IMG/VR virus record: IMGVR_UViG_3300010883_008292
Location: 1 to 64,000 of that record
Source of the DNA: a virus
Length of the DNA: 64,000 nt
Reading direction: 5' to 3' (one strand)
In this document: positions 9,521-19,726 of the stretch, one piece after another
Layout of the letters: the number at the start of each line of letters is the position of its first letter
Position numbering within the stretch: position 1 is the stretch's first letter
Program-made: the position numbers and the translations under genes
Notes under the pieces: generated by a model
Seen by the model: the letters and a program-made list of their open reading frames with translations, nothing else
Databases searched by the model: none
What the model was told of the DNA's origin: nothing

Positions 9521-9532
9521 TATTTATAAATA
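9521..9532. promoter_or_regulatory. overlapping back-to-back T4 late promoters
   Basis: Palindrome TATTTATAAATA gives TATAAATA on + (9525-9532) and on - (9528-9521), between divergent operons. Confidence 0.85.
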
Positions 9533-9561
9533 AGATAAACAACAGTTTTAGAGATTGCGAG

Positions 9562-9900
9562 ATGGCTACAGTACAGAATATAACTATTGACCAAGGTACG
9601 ACGTTTAGTCTGACGATTAATCTCACGAATGATGATAATTCTGCTAAAGATTTAGCGAATTATACAATAGCATCACAAATGAGAAAATCATACGAGGGGA
9701 CGACAAAGACGGACTTTACTACGGCAAAAGTAGATGCGACAGGCGAAGTAACAATCTCATTAACGGCAGCTCAGACTACATTAGTTAAGCAAGGCCGTTA
9801 TGTATATGATGTAGAGATCACAGGAACATCTCCTGTGGAAACTCTAAGGGTTTTAGAAGGCCTCGTAACAGTAACCCCACAAGTAACCAAAGCAGCTTAG
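9562..9900 (+). CDS. putative virion structural protein
   Basis: NITIDQGTTF...GRYVYDVEI...RVLEGLVTVTP, a conserved T4-like late protein pattern. Confidence 0.65.
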   Translation: MATVQNITIDQGTTFSLTINLTNDDNSAKDLANYTIASQMRKSYEGTTKTDFTTAKVDATGEVTISLTAAQTTLVKQGRYVYDVEITGTSPVETLRVLEGLVTVTPQVTKAA

Positions 9901-9908
9901 GAGGATAG

Positions 9909-10151
9909 ATGGCAGTAACAGTTACCCCGCAGTCCGGACTGAAAGTAAATGTAGGTTTAGGATCCGCGCGTGTTGTTACAACACAGACGACTTCTGCGTT
10001 GGTGGGAACATCATTAGACGATTTATCAAGTGTAAATACGTCTGGTGTACAGGATGGTTACACATTAGTATATGATTCTTCGACTAGTAAATGGGTAGCG
10101 CAGGTATTAACTGCATCTGCTCCAACTACTATAGACGGTGGAACATTTTAA
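9909..10151 (+). CDS. small putative virion/fibre-associated protein
   Basis: LDDLSSVN...DGYTLVYDSSTSKW; ends IDGGTF. Confidence 0.6.
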   Translation: MAVTVTPQSGLKVNVGLGSARVVTTQTTSALVGTSLDDLSSVNTSGVQDGYTLVYDSSTSKWVAQVLTASAPTTIDGGTF

Positions 10152-10207
10152 AATGAATTATATAATGCGATTATTAAACAACAAAACATTTAACTAGGAG
10201 ATATTAA

Positions 10208-11518
10208 ATGGCAACAACAATACAAATTAAACGAAGCACGGGCTCAGCAGCCCCAGGTGTTGGAGATTTGGTTGAGGCAGAATTAGCGTACTCTGAAGAC
10301 CGTTCAGGTAGTGGTGCAGCAGCAAAACTTTATATTTCATCTATAGATTCCGGTGGTAACGAGGTTATCCAGGAACTAGGTGGTAAGTATTACACTGACA
10401 TTATCGACACGGCCACATCAGCGAATACAGCTAGCAAACTCGTAGCACGAGACGCTAGTGGTAACTTTTCCGCAGGTACAATTACCTGGGGATCGCTAAG
10501 TGATGGAAGTATAACAGCGACAGCATTCGTAGACGAAGACAATATGGCTTCGAACAGTGCAACGCTAATTCCAACACAGCAATCTGTAAAAGCTTATGTT
10601 GATGCTCAAGTAACAGCACAGGATATGGACGTAGCGTCTGACTCCGGTTCTATTGATGTAGATCTAGATTCAGAATCTTTAACTATTGCAGGGGGCACAG
10701 GTATTAGTACAAGTGCATCCGGTTCAACAGTTACAGCTACTCTAGATAATACAGCAGTTACAGCAGCATCTTATGGATCAAGTGCAGCAATTCCAGTAAT
10801 AACAGTTGATGCTCAAGGACGTATAACAGCGGCCACTACAGCAGCAACCAGTTCAACACTGACAATTGGAGCGGATTCAGGATCTGATGACACCTTAACG
10901 GTGGGAACAGATACATTTAACTTTGCAGGCACAGCCAATGAAGTTGAAACAACAGTTTCAAACAATACAATAACTATTGGTTTACCAAACAATGTAACAA
11001 TTGGTGGTAACCTAACAGTATCAGGAACAACTACAACAGTTGATTCTACAACATTAAGTGTTGCAGATCCACTTATTATATTAGCCTCCGGCAACAACTC
11101 ATCTGATGCAGTTGATGTTGGTTTATACGGCTTGTATGATACTTCGGGTTCACAAGACTTATATGGTGGTTTCTATAGAGACGCTTCCGATTCAGGTAAG
11201 TGGAAACTCTTTAAAGACAATCAAGCAGCCCCAACTACAACAGTTAATACTGGTGGAACAGGTTATGCAGTAGCGACACTTGTTGCTCACTTGGAAGATT
11301 CAAGTGTAGCAATTACAGGTGGTAGTATTACAGGCATTACTGATCTAGTAGTAGCAGACGGTGGTACGGGCGCTAGCACTCTTACAAGCAATGGTGTACT
11401 ATATGGTAACGGAACAGGAGCTATACAAGCAACTGCAGCCGGTACTGATGGTTATATCATGTATTCTAATAGTGGGACACCAGCATGGACCAACACAATT
11501 AGTGGTGGAACATACTAA
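10208..11518 (+). CDS. fibre-like virion protein
   Basis: MATTIQIKRS N-terminus, Thr/Ser/Gly-rich beta repeats, VDAQGRITAA, ends ISGGTY. Confidence 0.7.
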   Translation: MATTIQIKRSTGSAAPGVGDLVEAELAYSEDRSGSGAAAKLYISSIDSGGNEVIQELGGKYYTDIIDTATSANTASKLVARDASGNFSAGTITWGSLSDGSITATAFVDEDNMASNSATLIPTQQSVKAYVDAQVTAQDMDVASDSGSIDVDLDSESLTIAGGTGISTSASGSTVTATLDNTAVTAASYGSSAAIPVITVDAQGRITAATTAATSSTLTIGADSGSDDTLTVGTDTFNFAGTANEVETTVSNNTITIGLPNNVTIGGNLTVSGTTTTVDSTTLSVADPLIILASGNNSSDAVDVGLYGLYDTSGSQDLYGGFYRDASDSGKWKLFKDNQAAPTTTVNTGGTGYAVATLVAHLEDSSVAITGGSITGITDLVVADGGTGASTLTSNGVLYGNGTGAIQATAAGTDGYIMYSNSGTPAWTNTISGGTY

Positions 11519-11533
11519 TTTAAATTATAAGGT

Positions 11534-11845
11534 ATGACAATGACACAACAAAATGATCAAAGTGAATTGATTAATGAATATATTAAAAACTTAGCGGCGA
11601 AAGTTAACGAGTTACAAGCGGAAAACATTTTATTAAAAACTAGATTAAGTCTTTTGGAAAACGTGAAAGTGGCAAAAGCACAGGAACAGCAGGTGACAGA
11701 TGGAGGAGGCTTTGGACAAGCTGAACCAGCACCCAAGGTAGAAAAACCAACACCTAAACCTGCTCCTGAACCTTCAATGAAGGTTAATGCAAGGCCAGGA
11801 TCCAAGAAAACAAGAGACTCTTCTGGACAATTTATAGAAAAATAG
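11534..11845 (+). CDS. hypothetical coiled-coil protein
   Basis: Heptad pattern LAAKVNELQAENILLKTRL followed by a Pro-rich tail. Confidence 0.6.
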   Translation: MTMTQQNDQSELINEYIKNLAAKVNELQAENILLKTRLSLLENVKVAKAQEQQVTDGGGFGQAEPAPKVEKPTPKPAPEPSMKVNARPGSKKTRDSSGQFIEK

Positions 11846-11854
11846 GAGAAAAAC

Positions 11855-12190
11855 ATGGCAGTAATAATTAAGATCAAAAAATCTGAAACAGCATCTGATG
11901 CTCCAACAACCTCAGATCTCGCGGTCGGAGAAATAGCATTAAATACAGCAGATAAAAAGATCTACGTAAGGGATAGCGCAGACGCTATCATTAACGTTGC
12001 TAACTATGTTGAAGCAGATCTATCATTAGTATTCCCAACAGGAGACTATGGTAGTGTTGCAAACACATTGAGCGAAGATGCCTTTGGACAGTTAATAGAT
12101 AAAATCTATGATCTGAAAGGAGATTACACTTCGGTTAATCCTACTATTAAAATGAGAGTCGCTACTGAAGACTTAGGCGCTTTTTCATAA
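11855..12190 (+). CDS. fibre N-terminal-domain-like protein
   Basis: IKIKKS...PTTSDLAVGEIALNTADKKIY resembles the N-terminus of 10208 and T4-type fibre anchors. Confidence 0.6.
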   Translation: MAVIIKIKKSETASDAPTTSDLAVGEIALNTADKKIYVRDSADAIINVANYVEADLSLVFPTGDYGSVANTLSEDAFGQLIDKIYDLKGDYTSVNPTIKMRVATEDLGAFS

Positions 12191-12214
12191 CCAATTAAAT
12201 TAGGGGAAAATCAT

Positions 12215-12436
12215 ATGGCAGTTACAGTACAATTTAGGAGAGGCACAGCTACACAGAACAATTCGTTCACAGGTGCAGCAGGTGAAGTTTCTATTAATAC
12301 AACTAACAACGCTATTCGAGTCCATGATGGAAGCACAGCAGGCGGAACAGAGTTAATGCTCGCTTCGGCTGCAAATATTTCCGGTAACATTCCTGGCGGG
12401 AATGTTGACGGGACAATAGATGGCGGAACATATTAA
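12215..12436 (+). CDS. stand-alone Mtd_N-like domain protein
   Basis: VQFRRGT...FTGAAGEV...RVHDGSTAGG; ends IDGGTY. Confidence 0.7.
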   Translation: MAVTVQFRRGTATQNNSFTGAAGEVSINTTNNAIRVHDGSTAGGTELMLASAANISGNIPGGNVDGTIDGGTY

Positions 12437-12450
12437 AATAGGAGAAAACA

Positions 12451-14919
12451 ATGCCAACACAAGTACAATTTAGAAGGGGAACGACTGTCCAAAATGACGC
12501 GTTCACCGGTGCTGTAGGTGAAATTTCCGTCGACACTACTTTAGACACCGTACGACTACATGACGGCTCAACACAAGGCGGGTTTAGACTTGCCAGATAT
12601 TCGGAAATACAAGCCGGAGATATCACAGCAGTAGTAGCAGGAACGGGGTTAGCAGGTGGTGCGACAAGTGGAAGTGCAACAGTTAGTTTATCTCACTTAG
12701 GAATTGAAAGTTTATCAGATCCAAACGCAGACAGAATTGTATTCTGGGACGATTCAGCAGGCGCCTCACAGTGGCTATCAGCAGGAACGGGTTTAACAAT
12801 TACAGCGACATCAATAGATGTAGGTACATTAAATCAGGATACAACAGGCAACGCAGCAACAGCAACAGCATTAGCAACAGCTAGAACTATTGGCGGAACA
12901 TCATTTGATGGAACAGCTAATATAGCAGTTGCCCTAGCTGGTACGGCCACAGCATTAGCAACAGCACGAACAATCCATGGTGTATCATTTGATGGTACAG
13001 CAAACATAGATTTAAGTGAGGTTATAGCTGATACTGTAGGAGCGATGGTAACCTCTAATACAGAGAGTGGCATCACGGTTGCGTATGTAGACGCTGATAA
13101 CACAATAGATTTCACAGTAGGTACACTAAACCAATCAACGACAGGAAATGCAGCAACGGCAACGTTAGCAGCAACAGCAACAGCATTAGCAACAGCTAGA
13201 ACTATTGGCGGAACATCATTTGATGGAACAGCTAATATAGCAGTTGGCCTAGCAGGCACAGCAACAGCACTAGCAACAGCTAGAACTATTCAAGGGGTTT
13301 CCTTTGATGGTTCAGCAAACATAACAACAACCACAGCGGGTACAGGAGTATCAGTATCTGGAACAGCAGTCTCAATCGGACAGGCAGTTGCAACTACAGA
13401 TAAACCTTCATTCGCAGGTATTACATTAACAGCAGATTCAACGGTGACGGGTAATATTTTACCTTCAGCAGATGATACTTATGGACTAGGTAGTGCGGCG
13501 AAACAATGGTCAGATGTATATATAGGCCCAGGCTCATTATATGTTAACGGTCAGAAAGTGGTTGAAGATGATTCAGGAACAATTACAATTTCCGCAGACA
13601 CTAACCAAAACGTAAAAGTATCAACTTCAGGTTCGGGTGACGTAGAGTTAGACCCAACTGGAAGCGGACAAATTGAGTTGAAAGGCCCAGTACAAGTTAC
13701 AGCAGGTTCTAACGTATCATCATCAGATGGGAATGCAATTTCATTCTCAAACGCAATTGATGTAGATGCAATTGAATCAAGAAGTACAGACACCAACTTA
13801 ACATTAAGTGCAAATGGAACTGGTATTGTAACAGTTAACGATGCCTTAACAGTTACCGGTGACTTGATCGTATCAGGAACAACAACTACAGTTAACTCTG
13901 CAACAATTAATTTAGCAGATAATATAATAATGCTTAACTCAGACTTTACGTCTGGAACACCTTCAGAAGATACTGGTTTCTCAGTATTGAGAGGTGGAAG
14001 CGCAACTAAGTCTCTATTATGGGACGAAACTAATGACAGATGGACTGTTTCTACAGAAGATTTTGTTGCAACTACTTTTATAGGTGCCTTAACAGGTAAT
14101 GTATCAGGAAATGTAACTGGATCTTCAGGATCGACTACAGGAAATGCAGCAACGGCAACAGCACTAGCAACAGCTAGGACAATTGGCGGAACATCATTTG
14201 ATGGAACAGCTAATATAGCAGTAGGATTAGCAGGCACAGCAACAGCATTAGCAACAGCTAGAACTATTGGTGTTGTATCATTTGATGGTACAGCTATTAT
14301 TAACTTACCAGGAGTTAACGCTTCGGGTACACAAAATACTAGCGGACTAGCAGCAACAGCAACACTGGCAGCAGGAGCAACAGCATTAGCAACGGCAAGA
14401 AATATAGGCGGTGTATCATTTGATGGTACGGCGAACATAGACTTACCGGGAGTTAACTCTGCTGGTAACCAGGCAACGTCTGGATTAGCAGCAACAGCAA
14501 CACTGGCAGCAGGAGCAACAGCATTAGCAACGGCAAGAACAATAGGTGGTGTATCATTTGATGGTACAGCTAATATTAACTTACCAGGAGTTAATTCAGC
14601 AGGTAATCAAGCAACTTCAGGACTAGCAGCAACGGCAACGTTAGCAGCAGCCTCAACAGCTTTGGCTACAGGCAGAACAGTAGGTATGACAGGTGACGTA
14701 GTTTGGACATCAGCATCGTTTGATGGCACAGGAAACGTTACAGGTTCAGCAACTATTCAAGCTAATAGTGTAGATTTGGGAACACATACAACAGGAAATT
14801 ACATGGCGCAAGTAAGTGGAGGAAATGGAGTTACTATTTCTCATTCACAGGGCGAAGGCTCTACTGCTACCATAACAGGAACAGCAATTTACAACGCAGC
14901 CGGTAGTTTACTGAACTAG
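12451..14919 (+). CDS. long fibre protein with Mtd_N-like N-terminus and ATALATARTIGGxSFDGTANI repeats
   Basis: VQFRRGT...HDGSTQGG N-terminus, eight close repeats and one degenerate repeat. Confidence 0.8.
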   Translation: MPTQVQFRRGTTVQNDAFTGAVGEISVDTTLDTVRLHDGSTQGGFRLARYSEIQAGDITAVVAGTGLAGGATSGSATVSLSHLGIESLSDPNADRIVFWDDSAGASQWLSAGTGLTITATSIDVGTLNQDTTGNAATATALATARTIGGTSFDGTANIAVALAGTATALATARTIHGVSFDGTANIDLSEVIADTVGAMVTSNTESGITVAYVDADNTIDFTVGTLNQSTTGNAATATLAATATALATARTIGGTSFDGTANIAVGLAGTATALATARTIQGVSFDGSANITTTTAGTGVSVSGTAVSIGQAVATTDKPSFAGITLTADSTVTGNILPSADDTYGLGSAAKQWSDVYIGPGSLYVNGQKVVEDDSGTITISADTNQNVKVSTSGSGDVELDPTGSGQIELKGPVQVTAGSNVSSSDGNAISFSNAIDVDAIESRSTDTNLTLSANGTGIVTVNDALTVTGDLIVSGTTTTVNSATINLADNIIMLNSDFTSGTPSEDTGFSVLRGGSATKSLLWDETNDRWTVSTEDFVATTFIGALTGNVSGNVTGSSGSTTGNAATATALATARTIGGTSFDGTANIAVGLAGTATALATARTIGVVSFDGTAIINLPGVNASGTQNTSGLAATATLAAGATALATARNIGGVSFDGTANIDLPGVNSAGNQATSGLAATATLAAGATALATARTIGGVSFDGTANINLPGVNSAGNQATSGLAATATLAAASTALATGRTVGMTGDVVWTSASFDGTGNVTGSATIQANSVDLGTHTTGNYMAQVSGGNGVTISHSQGEGSTATITGTAIYNAAGSLLN

Positions 14920-14928
14920 GAGTAGATA

Positions 14929-15906
14929 ATGGCTTTAGCTAGTAGATCGGATCTACAGGATTATTGTCTAAGGAGACTTGGTGCTCCTGTGATAGAAATA
15001 AATGTGGATGAACAACAAGTATCAGACAGAGTCGATGATGCCATACAATATTGGCAAGAATATCATTTCGACGGTGTTGAGAGAACGTTTGTCAAACATC
15101 AAATCACAGGCTCCATAGTTAAATTAACAACTAATGTAGCAGCAAACTTCCAAAGGAACGAATTGATAACAGGTGGCACCAGTGGTGCCGTCGCGAAGGT
15201 GGTGTCGGGCTCCGGCCAGGATATTACCATAGAAAAGATGAAGACAGGTAGCTCTGCTTTTGTAGCAAGCGAACAAATTACAGGAGATGTAACAGGCTCG
15301 ACAGCTACATTGCACCCTACCACTTTCTATACATCGGGAGATATTGAAAAAGGATATGTCCCTATTAGTAATAATATATTAGGCATCACCAAGGTATTTA
15401 ACTTTGGTGGAGCAGCAACCAACACCTCCAGAGATGGAGAATTATTTGACTTGATGTATCAATTCAGAATGAATGATTTATACAACTTAATGGGCGCAGA
15501 CATGGTCTATTATAGTGTAGTACAAAGTCATTTAACTACATTAGAAATGCTTTTAGCAGGTAGTAGACAAATACGTTGGAACAGAAAAACAGATAGACTT
15601 TATATGGATACAGACTGGGATAAAACATTTAATCCCGGTGACTTTTTAGTAGCAGAAGCGTGGGCTTTACTAGACCCATCATCTTACCCAGAGGTATATG
15701 ATGATATGTTTCTTAAACAATACGCCACTGCTTTAATTAAAAGACAATGGGGTTCTAACATGAGTAAGTTCTCAGGAATTCAAATGCCTGGCGGTGTTAC
15801 CTTGAACGGTGATCAAATATTTCAGGAAGCAACACAGGAGATAACTCTAATAGAAGAGAAAATGCAGAAGAGTTACGAACTGCCCCCACAGTTTATGATA
15901 GGATAG
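14929..15906 (+). CDS. 13: neck protein gp13
   Basis: YCLRRLGAPVIEINV, YHFDG, KRQWGSNMSKFSGIQMPGGVTLNG; synteny. Confidence 0.93.
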   Translation: MALASRSDLQDYCLRRLGAPVIEINVDEQQVSDRVDDAIQYWQEYHFDGVERTFVKHQITGSIVKLTTNVAANFQRNELITGGTSGAVAKVVSGSGQDITIEKMKTGSSAFVASEQITGDVTGSTATLHPTTFYTSGDIEKGYVPISNNILGITKVFNFGGAATNTSRDGELFDLMYQFRMNDLYNLMGADMVYYSVVQSHLTTLEMLLAGSRQIRWNRKTDRLYMDTDWDKTFNPGDFLVAEAWALLDPSSYPEVYDDMFLKQYATALIKRQWGSNMSKFSGIQMPGGVTLNGDQIFQEATQEITLIEEKMQKSYELPPQFMIG

Positions 15907-15913
15907 TGAAACC

Positions 15914-16660
15914 ATGCCAACAAACTTTTATTTCCAATCGGGCCAAGGACAAGGACAAACAAACGAACAAAGATTAGTCGAAGACTTAGTAATAGAAAGT
16001 CTTAAAATCTATGGCCATGATACTTATTACCTACCTAGGACACTAGTCAATAAAGATACGATCTTTGATGAAGACGAGCTGTCGAAATTTACACAAGCAT
16101 ATCCTTTGGAAATGTATTTGGATAATGTAAATGGCTACGAAGGACAAGGAGATATATTTACAAGGTTTGGACTTGAAGTAAGAGATCAAGCAACCTTTGT
16201 AATGGCAAAAAGACGTTGGGAAGACATGGTAATGACTTCTGGAGGAGCGTTTACACAAACAGCAAGGCCTTCTGAAGGCGATTTAATATACTTTGAAAAA
16301 ACTAAATCACTATTTGAAATCAAATACGTTGATTTCCAAAATCCATTCTATCAGTTAAACCAACTTTATGTATTTAGAATAACTTGTGAACTGTTTGAGT
16401 ACAGCTCAGAAGATTTGGATACAGGTATTACATTAATAGATGGAATAGAAACTAAATATTCAAACGATATGTTAGAGTATCAGATGAAATTAGAAGATGG
16501 AAGCTTATGGCTTAAAGAAGATACTGGATCTATAATTAATGAATCATATCAAACAACTGCATCAGAGCCAATAGACAATTTAGACTTTGAGAATATTAAT
16601 TTCCTTGAGGGTATATTAGACTTTAGTGAAAAGAATCCATTTGGAGAAATAGGTGTTTAA
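15914..16660 (+). CDS. 14: neck protein gp14
   Basis: YYLPRTLVN, RPSEGDLIYF, PFYQL, FSEKNPFGE. Confidence 0.93.
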   Translation: MPTNFYFQSGQGQGQTNEQRLVEDLVIESLKIYGHDTYYLPRTLVNKDTIFDEDELSKFTQAYPLEMYLDNVNGYEGQGDIFTRFGLEVRDQATFVMAKRRWEDMVMTSGGAFTQTARPSEGDLIYFEKTKSLFEIKYVDFQNPFYQLNQLYVFRITCELFEYSSEDLDTGITLIDGIETKYSNDMLEYQMKLEDGSLWLKEDTGSIINESYQTTASEPIDNLDFENINFLEGILDFSEKNPFGEIGV

Positions 16661-17435
16661 AGATCAAACATTTTATCATCAGCATATACGAAAAGCTATT
16701 ATTGCCTTTGGTACTATATTCAACAACATAAATATTGAACGTAAAAATAGTGCAGGAGCAGTAGCACAAGCTCTTAGGGTACCATTATCTTATTCAACTA
16801 AGCAAAAATTTATGACAAGGATTGCTAGAGTTACTGACGCTACTACAAGAGGCGAAGTAGCTATAACATTACCACGTATAGGATTTGAAATACAAGGATT
16901 AAACTATGACCCTAGTAGAAAAACAACCGTAATACAAAAGAATAAAGCTGTTGGTGTTGGAGATGCTGCAAGCACAGTAAGAGTAGCATTTAACTCAGCG
17001 CCATTTAACATGAATTTATCCTTATATATATTTGCGAAGAACCAAGATGATGGGTTACAAATTGTGGAACAAATACTTCCATACTTTAATCCAGATTTTA
17101 ATGTTACAATAAACGATTTACCCGAACTAAATATAAAACGGGATATAAAGATTACATTAGATAATGTTAGTTATGAAGACGAATATGAAGGAGACTTTGC
17201 TAATAGGTTAAGTGTTGTATGGACTTTAAATTTTACAATGAGACTTAATTTTTATAGCAACGTAGAAAATGTTGGAATTATTAAGAAAGTTATAGCAGAT
17301 ATCTATGACGATCCAACATTGTCATTGAACTTAGGTAACTTAAAAAGCACACTAACTGCTTATGTTAACCCGGCAGACGCCAGTCCAATTGACGCATATT
17401 CATTTGTGGAGGAATTTGATGACAACTTCGAATAA
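16653..17435 (+). CDS. 15: tail sheath stabilizer/completion protein gp15
   Basis: FGTIFNNI, VPLSY, TLPRIGFE, QIVEQILPYFNP; GTG start. Confidence 0.93.
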   Translation: MFKDQTFYHQHIRKAIIAFGTIFNNINIERKNSAGAVAQALRVPLSYSTKQKFMTRIARVTDATTRGEVAITLPRIGFEIQGLNYDPSRKTTVIQKNKAVGVGDAASTVRVAFNSAPFNMNLSLYIFAKNQDDGLQIVEQILPYFNPDFNVTINDLPELNIKRDIKITLDNVSYEDEYEGDFANRLSVVWTLNFTMRLNFYSNVENVGIIKKVIADIYDDPTLSLNLGNLKSTLTAYVNPADASPIDAYSFVEEFDDNFE

Positions 17436-17940
17436 AAAGAATCCTTTTAACGAATTAGATAAGAAATTTAATACTAAAGAAGTTACAAAGGCACTAGAAA
17501 AAAACCTAAAAGAAAGAGAAGACGAGAGGAAGAAGCAACTTCCTGCTGTAGCTATCTCTGATGAGGACAAACAAAAGCTTCTTGCTAAACAACAAGAAGA
17601 AGACTTCCAATATGCTAGGTCAATATTAAAACAGGCAGAAGCATATAACGACGAAGCCATACAAGGCATACTACATATTGCCAGAAACAGTGACCAACCA
17701 CGTGCTTATGAAGTGGCTGGTGGATTGATTAAGAATTTACAAGACACCGCTAAAGACATAATAGATGTACAAGAAAGACAAAAGCGTGTAACAGCAGACG
17801 ATCCTTCAGTTAAAGGAAACGTTAAGACGCAGAACAATCTATTTGTAGGCAGCACTAAAGAACTATTAAATGCCATCAAAGGCGAAATGGATCCTAAAGT
17901 AATAGACGTAGAACAAGATGACACAAGCAGAAGGGAATAG
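17419..17940 (+). CDS. 16: terminase small subunit gp16
   Basis: DFQYAR, SDQPRAYEV, NNLFVGSTKEL. Confidence 0.9.
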   Translation: MTTSNKKNPFNELDKKFNTKEVTKALEKNLKEREDERKKQLPAVAISDEDKQKLLAKQQEEDFQYARSILKQAEAYNDEAIQGILHIARNSDQPRAYEVAGGLIKNLQDTAKDIIDVQERQKRVTADDPSVKGNVKTQNNLFVGSTKELLNAIKGEMDPKVIDVEQDDTSRRE

Positions 17941-19612
17941 TTACCACGGTAATCCTAACCTTAAACCGTTAGCTTATCAGCATGACTTTACCAAAAAAGA
18001 AGTCGCAGAGTATATCAAATGCAAAGGCGACCCTAAGTATTTTATAGAAAACTATGTAAAAATTATTACTTTGGATAAGGGCTTACAACCATTCAAATTA
18101 TACGATTGTCAAAAAGACAAAGTAGATGTTATAATGAATAACAGACGTGTAGTATTAATGGAAGGACGCCAACAAGGTAAAACAGTTACAGCAGCAGCGT
18201 GTATATTACACTATACTATCTTTGAAGAAGATAAAACAGTAGCTATAATGGCTAACAAGAGTGCAGCTGCAAGAGAAGTATTAAACAGATACCAAATTAT
18301 GTATGAAAACTTACCTTTGTGGATGCAACAAGGTGTTAAGACATGGAACAAGGGTGACGTAGAACTAGAAAACAATAGTAAAGTATTAACAGCAGCAACA
18401 ACAGCAGCAGCGATACGTGGTAAGTCTGTTAACTGGTTGTACATTGATGAGGCAGCAATCATACCTAACAACATAGCAGATGAATTTTTTACATCTGTTT
18501 ATCCAACAATTTCAGCGGGAGAGACAACTAAAATACTATTAACATCTACTCCGTTAGGCTATAATCACTTCTGGAAGTTCTGGAATGAGGCAGAGAAAGG
18601 AGAGAATGGCTTCGAGCACATGTTCATTCCTTACTATGAGATACCAGGACGTGATGAGAAGTGGCTAGCCGAACAAAAACAATTACTTGGTCCTGTTAAA
18701 TTTAATCAAGAGGTCTTATGTGAGTTCTTAGGTTCAACTAACACGCTGATTAACTCACAAACTATAGGGGCCATGAGTACAAAAGATCCTATATTTCAAA
18801 ACAATTATTTAGATATTTACGAAGAGCCACAAGACGATCATTACTATGCTATAACAGTCGATACAGCCAGGGGAATTGGCGGAGACTTCTCCGCTTTTGT
18901 TGTTGCAGATGTTACAGAAATGCCTTATCAAATAGTAGCAAAGTATAGATGTAATGATATTTCACCTATGCTATTCCCAGATGTTATTGGGAAAGTAGGA
19001 AAAGATTATAATGATGCCTTTGTATTAGTAGAAGTTAATGATATAGGATCACAAGTAGTAGAAATATTACATCAAGAAATAGAATATGAGAATATTTGTA
19101 GCACAGTTACAGAGCAACAGAGACAATATGTAAGTCCAGGGTTTGGTAAATCAAGCAAACATGGTGTTACAACATCCAAACAAGTAAAGAGGCAAGGGTG
19201 TTTTGCCTTTAAGTCTTTAGTAGAAGAACAAAAATTGTTAATATTTGATGAGCATTTGATACATGAAATATCAACATTTATAGAAAAGGGTAGTACATAT
19301 CAAGCAGACGTAGGATATCATGACGATCTAGTTATGTGTTGTGTACTGTTTGGTTGGCTAACAACACAAAACTTCTTTAAAGACATGACAGATGTTAATA
19401 CTAGAGAAGGATTATACAAACAACAAATGGGAGAAATAGAACACAACCTAACTCCTTATATAAAAGACGATGGCCAAGCGCCAGAGTTTGAAGTTATACA
19501 CAATGATGTGTGGTTATTAGAAGACGATCACCATAAGAATATACAAGATAAAATGAGAAAGTTATCAGAAAACTATGCTAGAACATTGCCAGAAAGACGT
19601 ACACACAAGTAA
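17918..19612 (+). CDS. 17: terminase large subunit gp17
   Basis: GRQQGKT Walker A, LYIDEAA Walker B, TSTPLG, VDTARG, HDDLVM. Confidence 0.97.
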   Translation: MTQAEGNSYHGNPNLKPLAYQHDFTKKEVAEYIKCKGDPKYFIENYVKIITLDKGLQPFKLYDCQKDKVDVIMNNRRVVLMEGRQQGKTVTAAACILHYTIFEEDKTVAIMANKSAAAREVLNRYQIMYENLPLWMQQGVKTWNKGDVELENNSKVLTAATTAAAIRGKSVNWLYIDEAAIIPNNIADEFFTSVYPTISAGETTKILLTSTPLGYNHFWKFWNEAEKGENGFEHMFIPYYEIPGRDEKWLAEQKQLLGPVKFNQEVLCEFLGSTNTLINSQTIGAMSTKDPIFQNNYLDIYEEPQDDHYYAITVDTARGIGGDFSAFVVADVTEMPYQIVAKYRCNDISPMLFPDVIGKVGKDYNDAFVLVEVNDIGSQVVEILHQEIEYENICSTVTEQQRQYVSPGFGKSSKHGVTTSKQVKRQGCFAFKSLVEEQKLLIFDEHLIHEISTFIEKGSTYQADVGYHDDLVMCCVLFGWLTTQNFFKDMTDVNTREGLYKQQMGEIEHNLTPYIKDDGQAPEFEVIHNDVWLLEDDHHKNIQDKMRKLSENYARTLPERRTHK

Positions 19613-19655
19613 AAAGAGCTGTACATATAGAAAATGGGTTCTAAATAAAACAATT

Positions 19656-19663
19656 TATAAATA
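19656..19663 (+). promoter_or_regulatory. T4 late promoter
   Basis: TATAAATA upstream of gene 18. Confidence 0.85.
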
Positions 19664-19726
19664 GTTGCGATGATAATAATTAAACTTGTGTCATTACATA
19701 AGATAATATAAACCGAGGAGAAAAAC

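Noticed and set aside
12834-14438. Long minus-strand ORFs (141 and 295 aa)
   Set aside because: Antisense shadows of the GCA/ACA-rich fibre gene, with no SD or recognisable motifs.
12860-14660. CRISPR-like repeat array
   Set aside because: The repeats are coding, vary at synonymous positions and lack unique spacers; no cas genes.
12215-14919. Diversity-generating retroelement suggested by the Mtd_N-like domains and repeats
   Set aside because: No reverse transcriptase in the window. The repeats are in-frame protein repeats, and I saw no adenine-specific TR/VR pair.
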